Source of the DNA: Laetmonice hystrix
Taxonomy: Eukaryota
NCBI GenBank assembly: GCA_965235115.1
Contig: OZ249445.1
Coordinates: 21,018,001 to 21,082,000, forward strand
Reading direction: 5' to 3'
DNA: 64,000 bases
In this document: positions 13,143-27,194 of the stretch, piece after piece
How positions within the stretch are numbered: position 1 is the first letter of the stretch
Layout of the letters: every line of letters starts with the position of its first letter
The notes under the pieces: generated by a model
Told to the model about the DNA's origin: nothing
Seen by the model: the letters and a program-made list of their open reading frames with translations, nothing else
Database searches by the model: none
Translations under genes and position numbers: made by a program

Positions 13143-13180
13143 TGGTGGTGGTGGTGGTGGTGGTGGTGGTGGTGTTGGTG
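13143..13180. repeat. (GGT)n microsatellite
   Basis: About 12 GGT/TGG units with one interruption. Confidence 0.95.
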
Positions 13181-16100
13181 GGGCTTAGATTGCCTGATTG
13201 TCGACCTCTAGGATCTGCTTACTCAATACACCCAGCTGAGATTTCCCCTCGATATCACGGCCACTTACAGCTGACATTTGATCAAGGTAAGCAGGGGTCG
13301 TCACTGTAAGAACAGAATAGGTAACGTTTCGGAGAATATTTGGTACGCGGATATGATCCAAACCTGAAGGGTATGTTACTGTAGATTTGAGATGGGATTA
13401 TTATAAATCTCAAGGGTTCGAGATGGAGACTGATGTATTATACATACTGACATTACAAAGTTTATAAAGTCCTATCGCCTTGAATCCAAAGTATTCTTTC
13501 CACTCTGACTTGATTACTTTTGCCGATGGTAAGATCATGACATGGCCAATTAGGGTGAGGAAACGAGTTAGAAAATTAATCCATCACAATCAAGTCTAAT
13601 TACTGCAATTATCATCCAAACTGTCTACTTTTTTCAGTCAATCGTAAAATCAATCTTCCTTGGATTTAATTCATACTGCAATGCAATCGGCAATTTCTGA
13701 CCGAATTATGGCACCGTCACCTGAAGGTACAGACCCTGGGAAGCTGTAAAAAACGGGCTGACAACAAAGAATAAACTACGGATCAAAATATATGATATAA
13801 CCTTTCCAGCAAACAGTACATGTCTATTTTTTTAAACTGCATGTCCCAGCCATTAACTCATACAAGCGACAGATGCGTATTTTGACGAAATAGGTTTTCT
13901 CCGAAAAGGCTATGAAACATACATTTGAAAACACTCTGTGAGCTGAAACTAAATGTGAATAATTGAAGCTCCCTCCATCCGAATCGACCAGACCCAATTC
14001 CCGACAGACCAGGGCCACGTGTCTGACTGTCCTCGACTTTGTGTCCTCCTGGGTTCATTAAATTTCAACTCAGCACTCACAAAAAGACCACTGAAAAGTT
14101 TCCCTCGAATTCTGCATTTACAAAATTGCAATTTGGTGCCTGTGTGGTCGTTAGTATACATACATTACAATCCAGGCTCGTATTGGGAATTTCACATAAT
14201 GGTTTTCAACTCGCCAGTTGTCTGGCCCCCTGTGTAATGGACTTAATGGGACTACTGGCAGACCGTCACCTGACCTGGTCCGGGCCAAATGGGATGGAAT
14301 CCGCCCAGAAAGTTCGCTAGCAATTACACAGATTGTCTCACACAGAATCTATGGCATTTGTCCATCAGTAAAATCTGTTTTAAAATACCAGCAGCTATGT
14401 TCTTATTTCCTTGTCAAAGGAAAATGTATCTCAGAAAAAAAGATATGACGGGATTCGGGTTACATGTTATGAAACTTCAAAAGTTAAGTTGTGAAACCCT
14501 GGCGCTGTACATATGTAGGCTGAGCACGTTTCACTACTAGTACCCTGAAAGGAGATCAATAATGTCCAATCACACCTGTCAGTGTGAGTTAGCTGATTGC
14601 AGGTGATCAATACACACCCCCTGTGGTCTGACACCCCTGTCTGCACCCCCCTCTCACACCCCCGGCTGTGTCTCTCAGGTCCGACAATGAAAGCCAATCA
14701 GGGTAGAGAGCAGGTGCCCTCAGAAAGTGCCGCGTTCACAAAGGCGGGGAGAGAAATAGAAAAAAGGGCTTCGCGTTGATTGGTCCGGAGTGTGGCAGTA
14801 AGGCCAGCTCTTTGATTGGTCAAAGAGTCAAAGGTAGCACCCTGGGTATGGAGAGGCGCTCAGCCTAATTAATGCCTTTCAGTCTGGCCAAATTGATGTG
14901 GTCTACCAATATCTATTCTTTCCTAACTTAAAGTTTCGTAAACATCCTTTCCTTGCCTCTTTATCTATCGGAAGGTCCACAGCAAACAAGAATGGCATCC
15001 AGTCCGATGTATGTAACCGAACAAAAATTCTGATTAAAATTAGATGAGACTTCATATCATGCGGGAACATCTTATTTGATTTTTCTCCCGCTGATTTTCC
15101 CATCTCCCATGTCGATATTATCTATGACGACAACCACATAGAAACGATGTGGCCCTAATTATACCCTAACGTATAAACTCACGTTTACCAACCAAAAACT
15201 CTCCTTAAAACCACATCTACTGGTCCATGTGGACTAGGCAAACCACTAAGTAAAACCCCACTCAGAACCCAAACTCCTGGTGAAATGAAGATCATTATAG
15301 CTCGCTTCTTGAATATTTCACGACGGACTGAAGGGTTCTCGCCAAAAATTCACTGCTCCTCATGCTGATGGGTCTTGCTAGGTTTAGCGGCGGCGTCTCG
15401 CTCTGAGCGTTCATACTACCCTTGCCCGAGTATAGTTAATTATTCATACCAAACTATACAGATCAACCAGCCCCCATCTGGTGACCTCCACTCGTTACCC
15501 TTCCCGTGTCACCACTGAGGGTTGTGAGGTGGGAACCGACGTTGGGATACCCACATCATAATGTCAACCGGCTCCTAACTAATGGTACACGTTCTATATC
15601 ATCATGAATGGATTTTTTTCACGTTATTGTCAGATACCGGTATGTAAGGTACCAATTATCTGTATAGGAACAGCCTTAATTAACACGCACAACAAAGCAT
15701 ATATACGAAAACGGTTGATATAGTCTGGCTCTACATAGCGCTTGGAAGAAAAAGTCCTCATGGTGCGCATCGTTTGGAAACAGTCATCGATCAAATACAC
15801 ACAAAGACAAACGGAATTTTTAATTCGCAGCAGAAGAAGACAACATCTTCTCTACGATGTTGCATGTCAATAAGAATACTTGAAAGAAACATGGCAATAT
15901 GATGACGACATCGATACACTTACTTTACTCTGCTGCGTGATGTCCATATTGCTTCAATTACTGTGACACTACATGTTTTTATTCTATCTTACTGATGATA
16001 TTTCATTGGACGATCTAACATCTTTATCACAATTACTAATATTATAACACTCCAAGATTCTCTTGGCTGTGGTCCAAGAGCCCATAGGTAACGATTTTTT

Positions 16101-16734
16101 TTGTGGGGGGGGGGCCAGTATTTTTTCAACAGAAGAAAAGGGGTTATGCATCATTACCATATGTCAACATCCCAAATTAGTGACCTCTGTCACGTTTTCT
16201 CTCTAATTAAAGAAACTTGCCTGACACGATATCCTAATAAATAATTACCTTTAAGCTAACTAGAATCCTAACACATTCCATACCTTTCAACATCATGAAA
16301 GTCAAATTACGAAACCAAACATCTCTGCTTCAATGATTACCAACTCACCTGGGGAGAGAAAGCTACTGTCAATAAGACACAAAGAATCGTTAATGGCACA
16401 TACTTCAAGCAATAGACCAAGGGCCGTAACCTCACCTTCATACAATTTTCATGGCCTGTGGTAGTTCCCCTGCCCCCGACCTCCCCCTGCCCCAAGCTAC
16501 CACCACCTCGGCCACTCATGCCCCTTTCATCGTTTACTCATTAAACCTCGCCTTGTGTTCTGCTCCGCCTGACGATCATCAATATTTCCCTTTGCATCCT
16601 TCCAAATGCCAACACCTTCCTGGTCCCAGACCGGCCTCAGAGTCCCGCAAATATGGTGTGACGGAGGTCTAGTGGTTGGTTGGGGGGGGGGCAGGGTCCT
16701 GGTGCTGAGGTTGGTAACAACTGATGGCCCTGGC

Positions 16735-18009
16735 CATCAACATCCAACACCAAAGTCCACACACCGGCACACTTCATGGTTCCCCGTGATCAACATCCAA
16801 CACCAGAGTCCACACACCGGCACACTTCATGGTTCCCTGTGATCAACATCCAACACCAGAGTCCACACACCGGCACACTTCATGGTTCCCCGTGATCAAC
16901 ATCCAACACCAAAGTCCACACACCGGCACACTTCATGGTTCCCTGTGATCAACATCCAACACCAGAGTCTACACACCGGCACACTTCATGGTTCCCCGTG
17001 ATCAACATCCAACACCAGAGTCCACACACCGGCACACTTCATGGTTCCCTGTGATCAACATCCAACACCAGAGTCCACACACCGGCACACTTCATGGTTC
17101 CCTGTGATCAACATCCAACACCAGAGTCCACACACCGGCACACTTCATGGTTCCCTGTGATCAACATCCAACACCAGAGTCCACACACCGGCACACTTCA
17201 TGGTTCCCCGTGATCAACATCCAACACCAGAGTCCACACACCGGCACACTTCATGGTTCCCCGTGATCAACATCCAACACCAGAGTCCACACACCGGCAC
17301 ACTTCATGGTTCCCCGTGATCAACATCCAACACCAGAGTCCACACACCGGCACACTTCATGGTTCCCCGTGATCAACATCCAACACCAGAGTCCACACAC
17401 TGGCACACCTCATGGTTCCCCGTGATCAACATCCAACACCAGAGTCCACACACCGGCACACTTCATGGTTCCCCGTGATCAACATCCAACACCAGAGTCC
17501 ACACACCGGCACACTTCATGGTTCCCCGTGATCAACATCCAACACCAGAGTCCACACACTGGCACACTTCATGGTTCTCCGTGATCAACATCCAACACCA
17601 GAGTCCACACACCGGCACACTTCATGGTTCCCCGTGATCAACATCCAACACCAAAGTCCACACACCGGCACACTTCATGGTTCCCCGTGATCAACATCCA
17701 ACACCAGAGTCCACACACCGGCACACTTCATGGTTCCCCGTGATCAACATCCAACACCAGAGTCCACACACCGGCACACTTCATGGTTCCCCGTGATCAA
17801 CATCCAACACCAGAGTCCACACACTGGCACACTTCATGGTTCCCCGTGATCAACATCCAACACCAAAGTCCACACACTGGCACACTTCATGGTTCCCCGT
17901 GATCAACATCCAACACCAGAGTCCACACACCGGCACACTTCATGGTTCCCCGTGATCAACATCCAACACCAGAGTCCACACACTGGCACACTTTATGGTT
18001 CCCCGTGAT
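16735..18009. repeat. 53-bp minisatellite, about 24 copies
   Basis: Unit GATCAACATCCAACACCAGAGTCCACACACCGGCACACTTCATGGTTCCCCGT; period 53 (e.g. 16841 to 16894). Confidence 0.98.
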
Positions 18010-19330
18010 AAATTATGACTCAATTAACCGGCTTAGATTAAACAGAATCACTAAACATGGAACTGTTTCAGAATCACAAGCCACGAGTAACACTGGGTGC
18101 GAATTCACAACAAATTGAACGGTAAGAAGTTGCAGAAAATTATTTGTAGATTTCAGGCGGATCTTAGAGAGTAGTAAAGGCCAGCCCATAAAACTGAAGG
18201 GGCTTGGGATGGGTCTCGAACAAATTACAAAAATGTCATCTGATAACCTCTTGTAAGGATTGCTGATAATTTCTTAAAAGAAGAGTCGGAGAGGAATTAG
18301 TGCGTGTGGTATAACTCTTCTCAGTAAAAGGCATACCCAACACAATAAAAAGTGTGCCTCTTACCTCCAGGTTTAACATCAAGAGTGTAGCGGGGGAAGA
18401 GGGTCCAAATAAATTAGTAGATAAATAACTAAATAAATGAAATTTATGAGTAGGCAAAACCTAGAGATGCTCAGCTAAAAATGCTTTGGCTTCTGGGGCC
18501 AGGGATTCCTGTGGCGAGGAAGAAGTCAGTGGTTGGACCCCCTCCCCCGTAACTCAGCCCTGTCTACACCCCTGAACGTCGGTCGTCAGGTATGTATGGA
18601 ACAAGAGCAAGCTATATCAACCGTCGACAGTATCTGCACCTGTTTCAGCTGCGCCTTTCAACAGCGCTTCACAGTCTCTCCTCCGGTAAATCTAAAAGCT
18701 CAGGCCCACTTCTGAGAAGATTTAGTCTGTTGCTAAATCCGAAAGTGCAAAAGGAGAAGTTGTTGCCTCCTGACCTCCTTAGTATACTACAAAAGTCAAG
18801 GCAGAGAGTCTTGATGCGTAACACGAATTCGCTGACTTATGAATACTCCCGAGGACCAAGTAATACCCTTGTAGATGTCAGTACGTGCTGTCTGTGATCT
18901 TCGATGATTTACTTGTGCACCAAGTATACCGACACCCGATGACAGTACACAACGCTCTCTTTCTATAGCCATCTGACTGACTTACATTCAAACACGACTC
19001 GTTCATGTTTTCTGTAAAGTACAGACTTATAGATGGGTATTAAAGGGTGTTTACGTTGTTGATGTCATCAGAACTATGTATGACAGGCTGCTTAGATCTT
19101 CCCACTTTGTATCCGTCTGTAGAGTTCTGTTTGCTTGGTTTTACCTGATGCTCGAAATACCAGAATTTTTCATATTTATTTACATCCTATCTTTATGGGC
19201 CACTTTAACTGTTAAGCATTGTTAAAAAAAGGGTGTTAGGAACCCCCAGGCATATTCGGCGGGGGGGGGGGGTCGGGGGGTCTAACATGTTGCACGGCAT
19301 AATGTACACATAGCTACGTACGGAAATGTA

Positions 19331-19438
19331 CGGAATCCGAGAATGCTACCGTCAAAAAAAAAATTAAAAATGACTTACATTTTTTCTTTACAAGATTTTT
19401 TCGCAACATTTCTTTTATGGTAGCGTTCTCGGATTCCG
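19331..19438. repeat. 20-bp inverted repeat with a 68-bp A/T-rich spacer (fold-back or MITE termini)
   Basis: CGGAATCCGAGAATGCTACC (19331-19350) versus GGTAGCGTTCTCGGATTCCG (19419-19438); 19/20 complementary. Confidence 0.85.
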
Positions 19439-22095
19439 CATGAAATGTGGTTTGTTATTGAAATCAGTTAAGTCAGTGTTCTCGTCGTTATAAAGCAATT
19501 CAAGCAACACTTCGACATCACCATTCCCGGGCTATTGTAAAGATACCAAATTGAAATCATCCTCCATAATTTTTAACCACATGTCGGCAAAACGCTAATT
19601 TACATCAAAATGCTTTAATCCCTGACTCGTAACTCACGGTAAGCGCCGCTGTGTACGGTATGAAAACCACAGAAGATGTCATTACAAACCCCTCCGCCTT
19701 TTTGGTGCGGGTATATTTTATATGCGATCGCTTCATGCCTTTATTTATACAGATGATCGATCCGACCATCTCCCGTTAATGTGGAATGAATTAATTCATG
19801 TTCCGTGGCCGGACTCGTTATAACCATGCCTGTTTTATATAGAGCATGGCTGAGTTCTGACAGGCGTTTTGTTGATGTTCACATATATCAGGCGCCACTG
19901 AGGGCGCCGGTTAGGTACCGGGCAGGATCATTGCATTCACTCCCTTTGTGGTGTCTCCAAATGAAGGCTGCTACCGCCCCATTAATTCGCAATTCTCCCA
20001 TTCACCACCCCCCAACAAATCAACCCCTAATACCCTCTCCGCTGATATCTCTCTCAATGAAACCTCCATGAAAAGAGACAGTGCTCCCCTTTAAATATGC
20101 ATCGTTCCGATTGTCCGTGCGCCAAATGAAAAACTTGGCACTTTTGACCACGCCGCTTGTCAAGGCCCCTCCATTGTGTTCCATGGATAGCGTCTATTGT
20201 TTTGCAGATTTTTCCTGATATGAAAATCACATTGGGCCTGGAATTGTCCACATTCCTGTAGCTCGTTCGTTCTATTCGTTGCTAAGTCTCCTCAAGTTAT
20301 CACAGGCGTCGATCACATGGAACAGTCATTTCCAATTCTGATTTTATTTTCTATTTTCCTACCTGCGGAAGCCACGCCGTCCACCCTATCAGACATATCT
20401 CTGTTGGCAATTAATTACCAGCCGTGTTTTCACTATCACCTGACACATCAATGCCAAACACTTGTTGTGTGTGGGGGCCCTCTATCGTTGCCATGGTAAC
20501 ATGTCAATTAAGTATGCAAAAATCGGCCTTCCTTTATTTGGAGCCATCCTGGTGGTCAGTGTAGGAACTAATGAACATTGTTTGATAAAAAGTTATATTT
20601 GTGCTATGATAAACTCGTCAATCTTGAACTCTCTTGAAAAATGTGCACAGTCTGATCATTAAATTTGTGCCATTCCGTATCTACATATCAGGATGTTCTT
20701 GACAAGCATTTTCTTCCATGGAAAACCAAGAGAAAATCATTAAATTGTCTAAAACATTGACATATGGTGTTTTTTTTCTGATTTCATGAGAAATAAAATA
20801 ATATCTTCTTTGATGTATTGCCATATCCTGCCATACAACCAAATAACGGTCAACTGGAGTAGCTGTTGTTACGACCCTAATGGTTTGGTGTCGGTAGGTC
20901 CAAAGTTTCCAACAAAAAGAAAATCCATTTTATCAGGAAGATCAAAAAGCAAATCGCTGATTGGAAATACAGATTTGGGGTCGGTAGGTCTAGAAAACGG
21001 AGCACTATGATGATTTCCGCTAGCCGTATCAAACTGTCCACTTTTTGGTCACTGATGAGTCACCAGGCCACATGATCTCATGACCCCGACGTCCCCGATC
21101 CCACCGACCCAGGTCCAGCAACCCCGACTGCTGGTTGATCTGAGCGGATCATCCCTCTAATCTCCCGTCGTCCTGTCCTCCAACCTTCACCCCCCCCCCC
21201 CCATCCCAACACGACCTCTGGACTCGTGTACCCCGTCACGTGGCCGGACACGACAAAACTATAGGCCTATATGTGGTCATATGGTTTCAGAACTCTGGCC
21301 TTTCGGGAAAATAGGCTATTTAACACAATTTCAACATAATTACCAACCGTTGCTATATATATATACCGGCAAGCCCTGACCGCCATGGCTCAGAATACCG
21401 ATCCTCTGGCCTGGCAAGTGGCACGTCCCACCAATGGTACGGACGATAACTTATGTCGGCTATACAGTCAACTTCATGTAAACCAGCTAGCCATCAGTTT
21501 TTCCCGTCCTCAACCCTACAGCTGCCCCCTCCCCCAAGTATCACGTACACTGATCCTTTCAAAGTGGATCCTCTGCAGACGATGAACCTATTCGAAGTAT
21601 ATCATCACCAGCGAGTTGAAGCCTAAACTTTATGGCCACATTACATCACTTGTGTGCGGTCTCGGCCCGGGAGGGGATATGGATGTATTACGGCGCAATG
21701 ATCAAACTACGGTGACAGAGTAGATTTATGATGTGGAAAGACAAGCTGTAATTTTGTGTATTCTGATATATGTCGGGGAGATCTGGGGTATGGATATATT
21801 AAACAACTTTAGGAAACATCTATGATATTTATCAAAGCCTGCATCGTATAGCCAGATACGTACCCCCAGTACCCTAAATCCTAGAACTATAGACTTTGAC
21901 CCTTACTCTCTGTACCATTCCCTCCAAGTAACAATGATACCATTAATATGTCAATAATATCAGGATGGCGAAAAGGCGAACATATTATGTGGGTAGTTTA
22001 AAACATTACAGAGGCTGGCCATTGAGCCAATCAGTGAAATGGAAGTGGTCACATGGGACATGACAATCACATGTGATTGGCTATCATCAATTCAC

Positions 22096-22250
22096 CATGG
22101 TATATCATTCTCGGGATAGACCGCAGTGAATGCCCGACTGGGTGGTAGGTGTTGTCATGGTAAGCATCAAAAATAATCTCTATATACCTGAACAATTCCT
22201 GGTAAAAATCTGCAAAATGAGTGACAATGCTAATTGGCAGGTGAGCTGGA
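22096..22250 (-). CDS. Candidate internal exon (155 nt), product unknown
   Basis: Strong acceptor (ctgtactgtttattttctag|T) and donor ATG|GTGAAT. Open frame PAHLPISIVTHFADFYQELFRYIEIIFDAYHDNTYHPVGHSLRSIPRMIYH; no family recognised. Confidence 0.25.
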
Positions 22251-25040
22251 CTAGAAAATAAACAGTACAGACATAAGACACACAAAACAATGTTGGTAAC
22301 ACAGTCAAATTCAACCACATGAACTATAATTATGTAATCCAAGATGGCAGGGCGGTTTTTAAAAAGGCCTCATTTTGCTTCACGTAATATTTGAAGGGCC
22401 CCAAACAGACGTATGATACATCAGCAATGACAACAAATAAAACAGTACGGAAAACGCTGCAAAAGTGACTTAACAATACCGACTTGTGCACGTGCAAAGT
22501 ACAAACGGACGCTGATAACGGTATTACGTATGACGTGTTCCTCCCGAGGCGTGACGCGACGTGACGTCATTATCAAGTGACTGCTGTCACGGTGATCGCT
22601 CCCCCTCCCTCTCCACGTGTCTCTTTCCGGCTACCCCCCCCCCCGCCCCCTCCCCCTCCCCCCTCCCCCCTCTCGTATCTCTCCGCTACGATTATCATAA
22701 CCACACACAGGCTTTCATTGTGCAAGGCGTGTCGGGACAAATTCCCATTCCGTCTGATCAAAGCCACAGGGCCGCCCTCCCGGGAGACAAGGGCTGCCTC
22801 TACAATTGATATCCTCCCAACTACCCATACAGTCCCCACTGACAACTGACTGACAGCTGATCCAACAACTCCCTACACCTGACTGAGTGAAATCCATTCG
22901 AATCATCACAAACACTCTTATCTTTCTCAACTTAACAGGCGCAGACCCATATTTTTTTCACTGGACAAAAAGGGTCGGTCGCCGATAATGTTACAAGCAT
23001 TTCCATAATTATTTCCAAATACCGTCCGAACACACTATCCATGCTAATTCAATACAGCACACTCTTGTTTTCGTCTGGTCCAGCAAGTGCTCCGAATTCA
23101 AAATATTCTGTTTAAATATTTGTGTTGAAACGGAATGGCTTGAATTATTCTGCCGATATTTATTCAGAACAAGTATCTCCGTATTTACCTACCTTAACTT
23201 TGTTGCCGTATTCAAATGAGTCCTGCACGTTTTTCGGCAAAAGCAGCAATCCGGACCTAGACTCTGTCATTACAGAAGCACAAAGGTTTTATCCTTGAAT
23301 CGCAGGCACTCCAGCTATTAATTTCTCACGGAGACCTACAATGAGAAGAAAACCCGCAAAATTTAATTATATGTAATTTCTATCTACTTTTAGGGGAGGA
23401 AAAGTGCTTGTACTGCTGAATTATGGAAGTTAGGAAACTACGCAAGAGAAAAATCCATAACAGCAGAGTACCCTCACAAATCGGGGATGGTGCATGGGAA
23501 ATATCATAGCAACATGGCTGCAGTCAATTTGGTACATCGGTGCAGTCTGTAATCTCAGGCGAAGGGCATCAATGCCATTTTTAAGTCAGCTAGTGTTTGG
23601 GGCGCGCGGGTCAAGAGGCAGAATAACATTGGCAGTTCCAACTTCTACCTAAAGCCGCCTCTGCCAGCAATGTGCCAAAACGGCTGCCATCTCCCGGCGT
23701 TGTGCTCACGGGAGCAGGAAACAGCCCAACAGGGGCAGGAGAAGGATCTGCCAGGTTCTCGCTTGGCGTCCTCGTCCCCATGGTGACCACCTACTGAGTG
23801 GCCAATCGCTGCAGGCCTCTCACAGAGTTCTTGGGGTCACTCCTATACACCTGACCCGGATCTTGCGGGACTACCGCCACTATATGTACAAATATTAAGG
23901 CCAACAAACCAACATGAACGAATCTAGTCATGATTTTAACATGTAATAAAGAAGATATGCTATCTCCACTGTAATTCTATCGGTTTAATAAAACAAGATA
24001 GCTCATTAAATCAACCGGAAGCGGAACCTAACATTTTATATCTCCATAAATGTTTGTTTATGACCGTTTTCTACTAATAAAGCCCAGTGCCTGAAAAAGT
24101 GAGTAATGATTAACGATAATGACACACAGCCTTTTTATAAGTAATGAGATTTACATTTTTCCGTTGGAATCCAATCCGATATGTTCTTTAAAAGCTTTGA
24201 GCGGATCTTCAGGCTGATTACTATCAGCGGTAACAACCATGTGCCATATTTACAAACAGGATCGAATTACCAATAAAAGTAACTTTTCTAGTTTAATTAA
24301 CTTTACGGCTCCAGTCCCTGACAGAGTAGGTAAAAACTGCTAGAACCGCTGTGTCCGTTCGAATCGTAACTGTATCTCGAATTTAATCGGTCTCAAAACA
24401 AAAAGACGACATAGTTATGCTGCCTTCTGATCTGGCACATTGTGATAGTCGATTTGAGGGGACGCGCCCCAGTTCAAGTCCCACAACAAAGTGGGAGGAG
24501 GGACAGGGGGGATGGGGGGTTCTACCATTATCATGCTTTGCCAGAACCTCCCTTGATCTCCACTCTCACAACGTGAGAAAAAATATCTCCATTGTCACAA
24601 GCATCCCTGCCATTGTCATGCGATCAAATGCGAGTACGAAAGACAAACTCGGGATCGGAATCGGAGAAACTATTTCTCTTCTATGAATCATATTGTTTTA
24701 ATTGTCGGTACCGCCTTTGATGTCAAGTTCGGGTTTGTTGAGTCTGAAATTAGCTGAGTGTTTATGTTTGGGTGTGCCCTATAATCCCTTTTAAAGTCGG
24801 ACCGGGATCAAAAGACACGGTTCATGGATTGCTGGCTGTCATGCAAACCTGGCCAAAATTTTGTGTGTTTTTTTAAAATGTTCCTGGTGCTAATTGATCC
24901 GTGCCCCAGGGGATTGAGAGAGCTTGGAGAGTTCACGGTCCTTGGATCGCTACTGTCCTGGCCCCAATACGTGTGATTACTTCATGCTGGCGAAATAATT
25001 AACGTTTTAACGTAAGAAAAACTGACTTTCATCTCATCTT

Positions 25041-25100
25041 CACCGCCGTGATATGACCCTGGCTGTTGCAAGGCGTAAAACCCCAAATACCCACCCACCC
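25041..25100 (+). mobile_element. 3' tail fragment of an invertebrate SINE
   Basis: CACCGCCGTGATATGACCCTGGCTGTTGCAAGGCGTAAAACCCCAAAT followed by (ACCC)n. This resembles the CGCCxxGATAT...GGCGTxAAAC + short tandem tail ending of V-domain SINEs in marine invertebrates, recognised from memory. Confidence 0.5.
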
Positions 25101-26980
25101 ATTTTCCGATGGCAAATCTCGTATTCTCTTCAACTGCTCATTTTGGTTTGCTGAAAAATCTTTTCTTTATCAAACATGATCAGTGTCCCTGTCATGGAAA
25201 GTCTCGTTGAAATTAAAAATATTACCACTGCATTTGAAGTGTCATGTCGGCTAAAAGGTTTCGTCGGAATTATTGAGAAAAATCGACGCTTTGGTGGGAG
25301 TTTTTTCATGTAAATGTACGGGTTGTCGTGCATACATCTGTGGTGAAAGAACGTCAAAAGACACTATAATTAGGTCGAACTACTAGGTACGTAACGTTCT
25401 ACTTTGGAAAATTAGTTTAAGAAGGTTTTGACAAAATGCTCATATTATCATATACCTTTGAATAAAACATGACGTTTTATAAACAAAAGAATCCAGAGTA
25501 AGCTAAACAAGCAGTCCCTAATAAAACGAACCCCTTCATTATTTCTCAGCGCGAATTATTTTATTAAGAGAAGTGAAAAGAATGCAATGATCGCAGAACT
25601 GACCTGCCCCTGAAGCCATCCACATGAGGAGTTGGTCGGAACTCTAATACAGAGACTCCATGAAATCTGTGCACATTATACAATATATAGAGCAGTGTTA
25701 GAATTCCTAACGCTACTCATGACGATTTAAACATTCCCCGCTTTAACCTTGCATCACCTTGGCCTAACACACGTTACTGAGAGGCCTTAAATCGAGACAG
25801 GAAACATGACCATGCCATTAGAATCGCTATACATGGTCGTTTCTCCACTGACCATCAACTGCATTAATGATTTTCTTTTTGTCGCATGACAACTTAAACT
25901 GTACCCTGCTGATATGATGAATGAGTGAGTGTTGTGTAAATGATATCTCATTAATCACCTGGGGGTGGAGCTGGGGGGTGGCCAGAGGGGGTGTATAGAC
26001 CCTACATGCCGGAAGAATTGATGAAGTAGCACTAATATTGCCTGTTTAATGATTCATGACCTTGACGCTGGTAACATTGAGATATCAAACATTCACGGTT
26101 ATTCATCCAGCGCAAGTTAAAAGCGTAACGAAAAGCAACTTATACATTAAATACTTGCAAGTGCAACAAATCTATCGCAGCTTATTGAAACCGAATTTCA
26201 ATTAGGCTTAGATGAAATCTCCCCCTCGAGGGCTTGCAGCTCAGCACCCCTACCCTACCCAATCCTCTGTGTGTCTATAAAGATTTCACCTAACACGAAA
26301 TGACAAACAGATGTACTAAACGATCTGTTTCGTTACACACGATGAACTTGGGATCAATGACTATACGGGTATCAATACAACGATCCATCAATGCCAACGT
26401 GTTGTCACTCTGCTGGTGCCACCCCTGTCTGAAGGGAACAAAAAGTACCCTGTGTACTGTTAAGTGATCTGACACATTAAGAGGGGAACCATCTTATATA
26501 AGGGAGTGAGGTATCAATTAACCTTGAGGAGTGACATACCTTTCTGATGTTTGTGTATGCACGACACTAAACCAGTTTAATGTAAATTATGCAGGTCTAT
26601 ATCCTAATCATATTCCAACATTATCATTATAATAAATTCATAATGCTAAGTGGACCTTCATGTGAACATCCACCTCTCAGCATATTGAGCTCAACCCGCC
26701 AATCCACATTTACCAACTATAGACCGTCTGAAGTAAGTCCACTCGGAAGCTGTAAAGTCCCTTGCCGTCAGTGAGCGGACTTGTGTAAGTGACCGACGGC
26801 TGAGAGACATAGGACCTAAAGATGAGGTCGGACAAACACAAGTGGACTGATCCTATTTCACTGAGTGCCTCCGACTCATCCCCTAACATTACACTGACAA
26901 CTCGTCCAGCCTAATGGCGCTGATGGCTCACTGCTGGCAGTTAGTGGTGAACTGGCTGCTTTTTACCTGATGTTGGCAAA

Positions 26981-27194
26981 NNNNNNNNNNNNNNNNNNNN
27001 NNNNNNNNNNNNNNNNNNNNNNNNNNNNNNNNNNNNNNNNNNNNNNNNNNNNNNNNNNNNNNNNNNNNNNNNNNNNNNNNNNNNNNNNNNNNNNNNNNNN
27101 NNNNNNNNNNNNNNNNNNNNNNNNNNNNNNNNNNNNNNNNNNNNNNNNNNNNNNNNNNNNNNNNNNNNNNNNNNNNNNNNNNNNNNNNNNNNNN
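26981..27194. other. Assembly gap (214 N)
   Basis: Run of N. Confidence 1.

Noticed and set aside
13211-13286. Segment GSAYSIHPAEISPRYHGHLQLTFDQ ending at donor AAG|GTAAGC, with LTFDQ resembling CBM2 LVFDQ
   Set aside because: It lies upstream of the WxxGF exon (wrong order), lacks the conserved Trp, and is out of phase with exon 12697-12786.
20886-20992. Two GTCGGTAGGTC direct repeats, with similar GGGTCGG motifs at about 22973 and 30765, suggesting MITE sub-termini
   Set aside because: No matching inverted end or TSD could be defined.
22025-22082. AGCCAATCA...TGATTGGCT inverted CCAAT pair, and TGACGTCA (CRE) palindromes at about 2639, 22562, 43348 and 45283
   Set aside because: Short motifs expected by chance or inside MITEs; there is no TSS evidence.
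24440-24485. B-box-like GTTCAAGTCCC, possible tRNA
   Set aside because: No cloverleaf or A-box can be built; at most a decayed SINE head.
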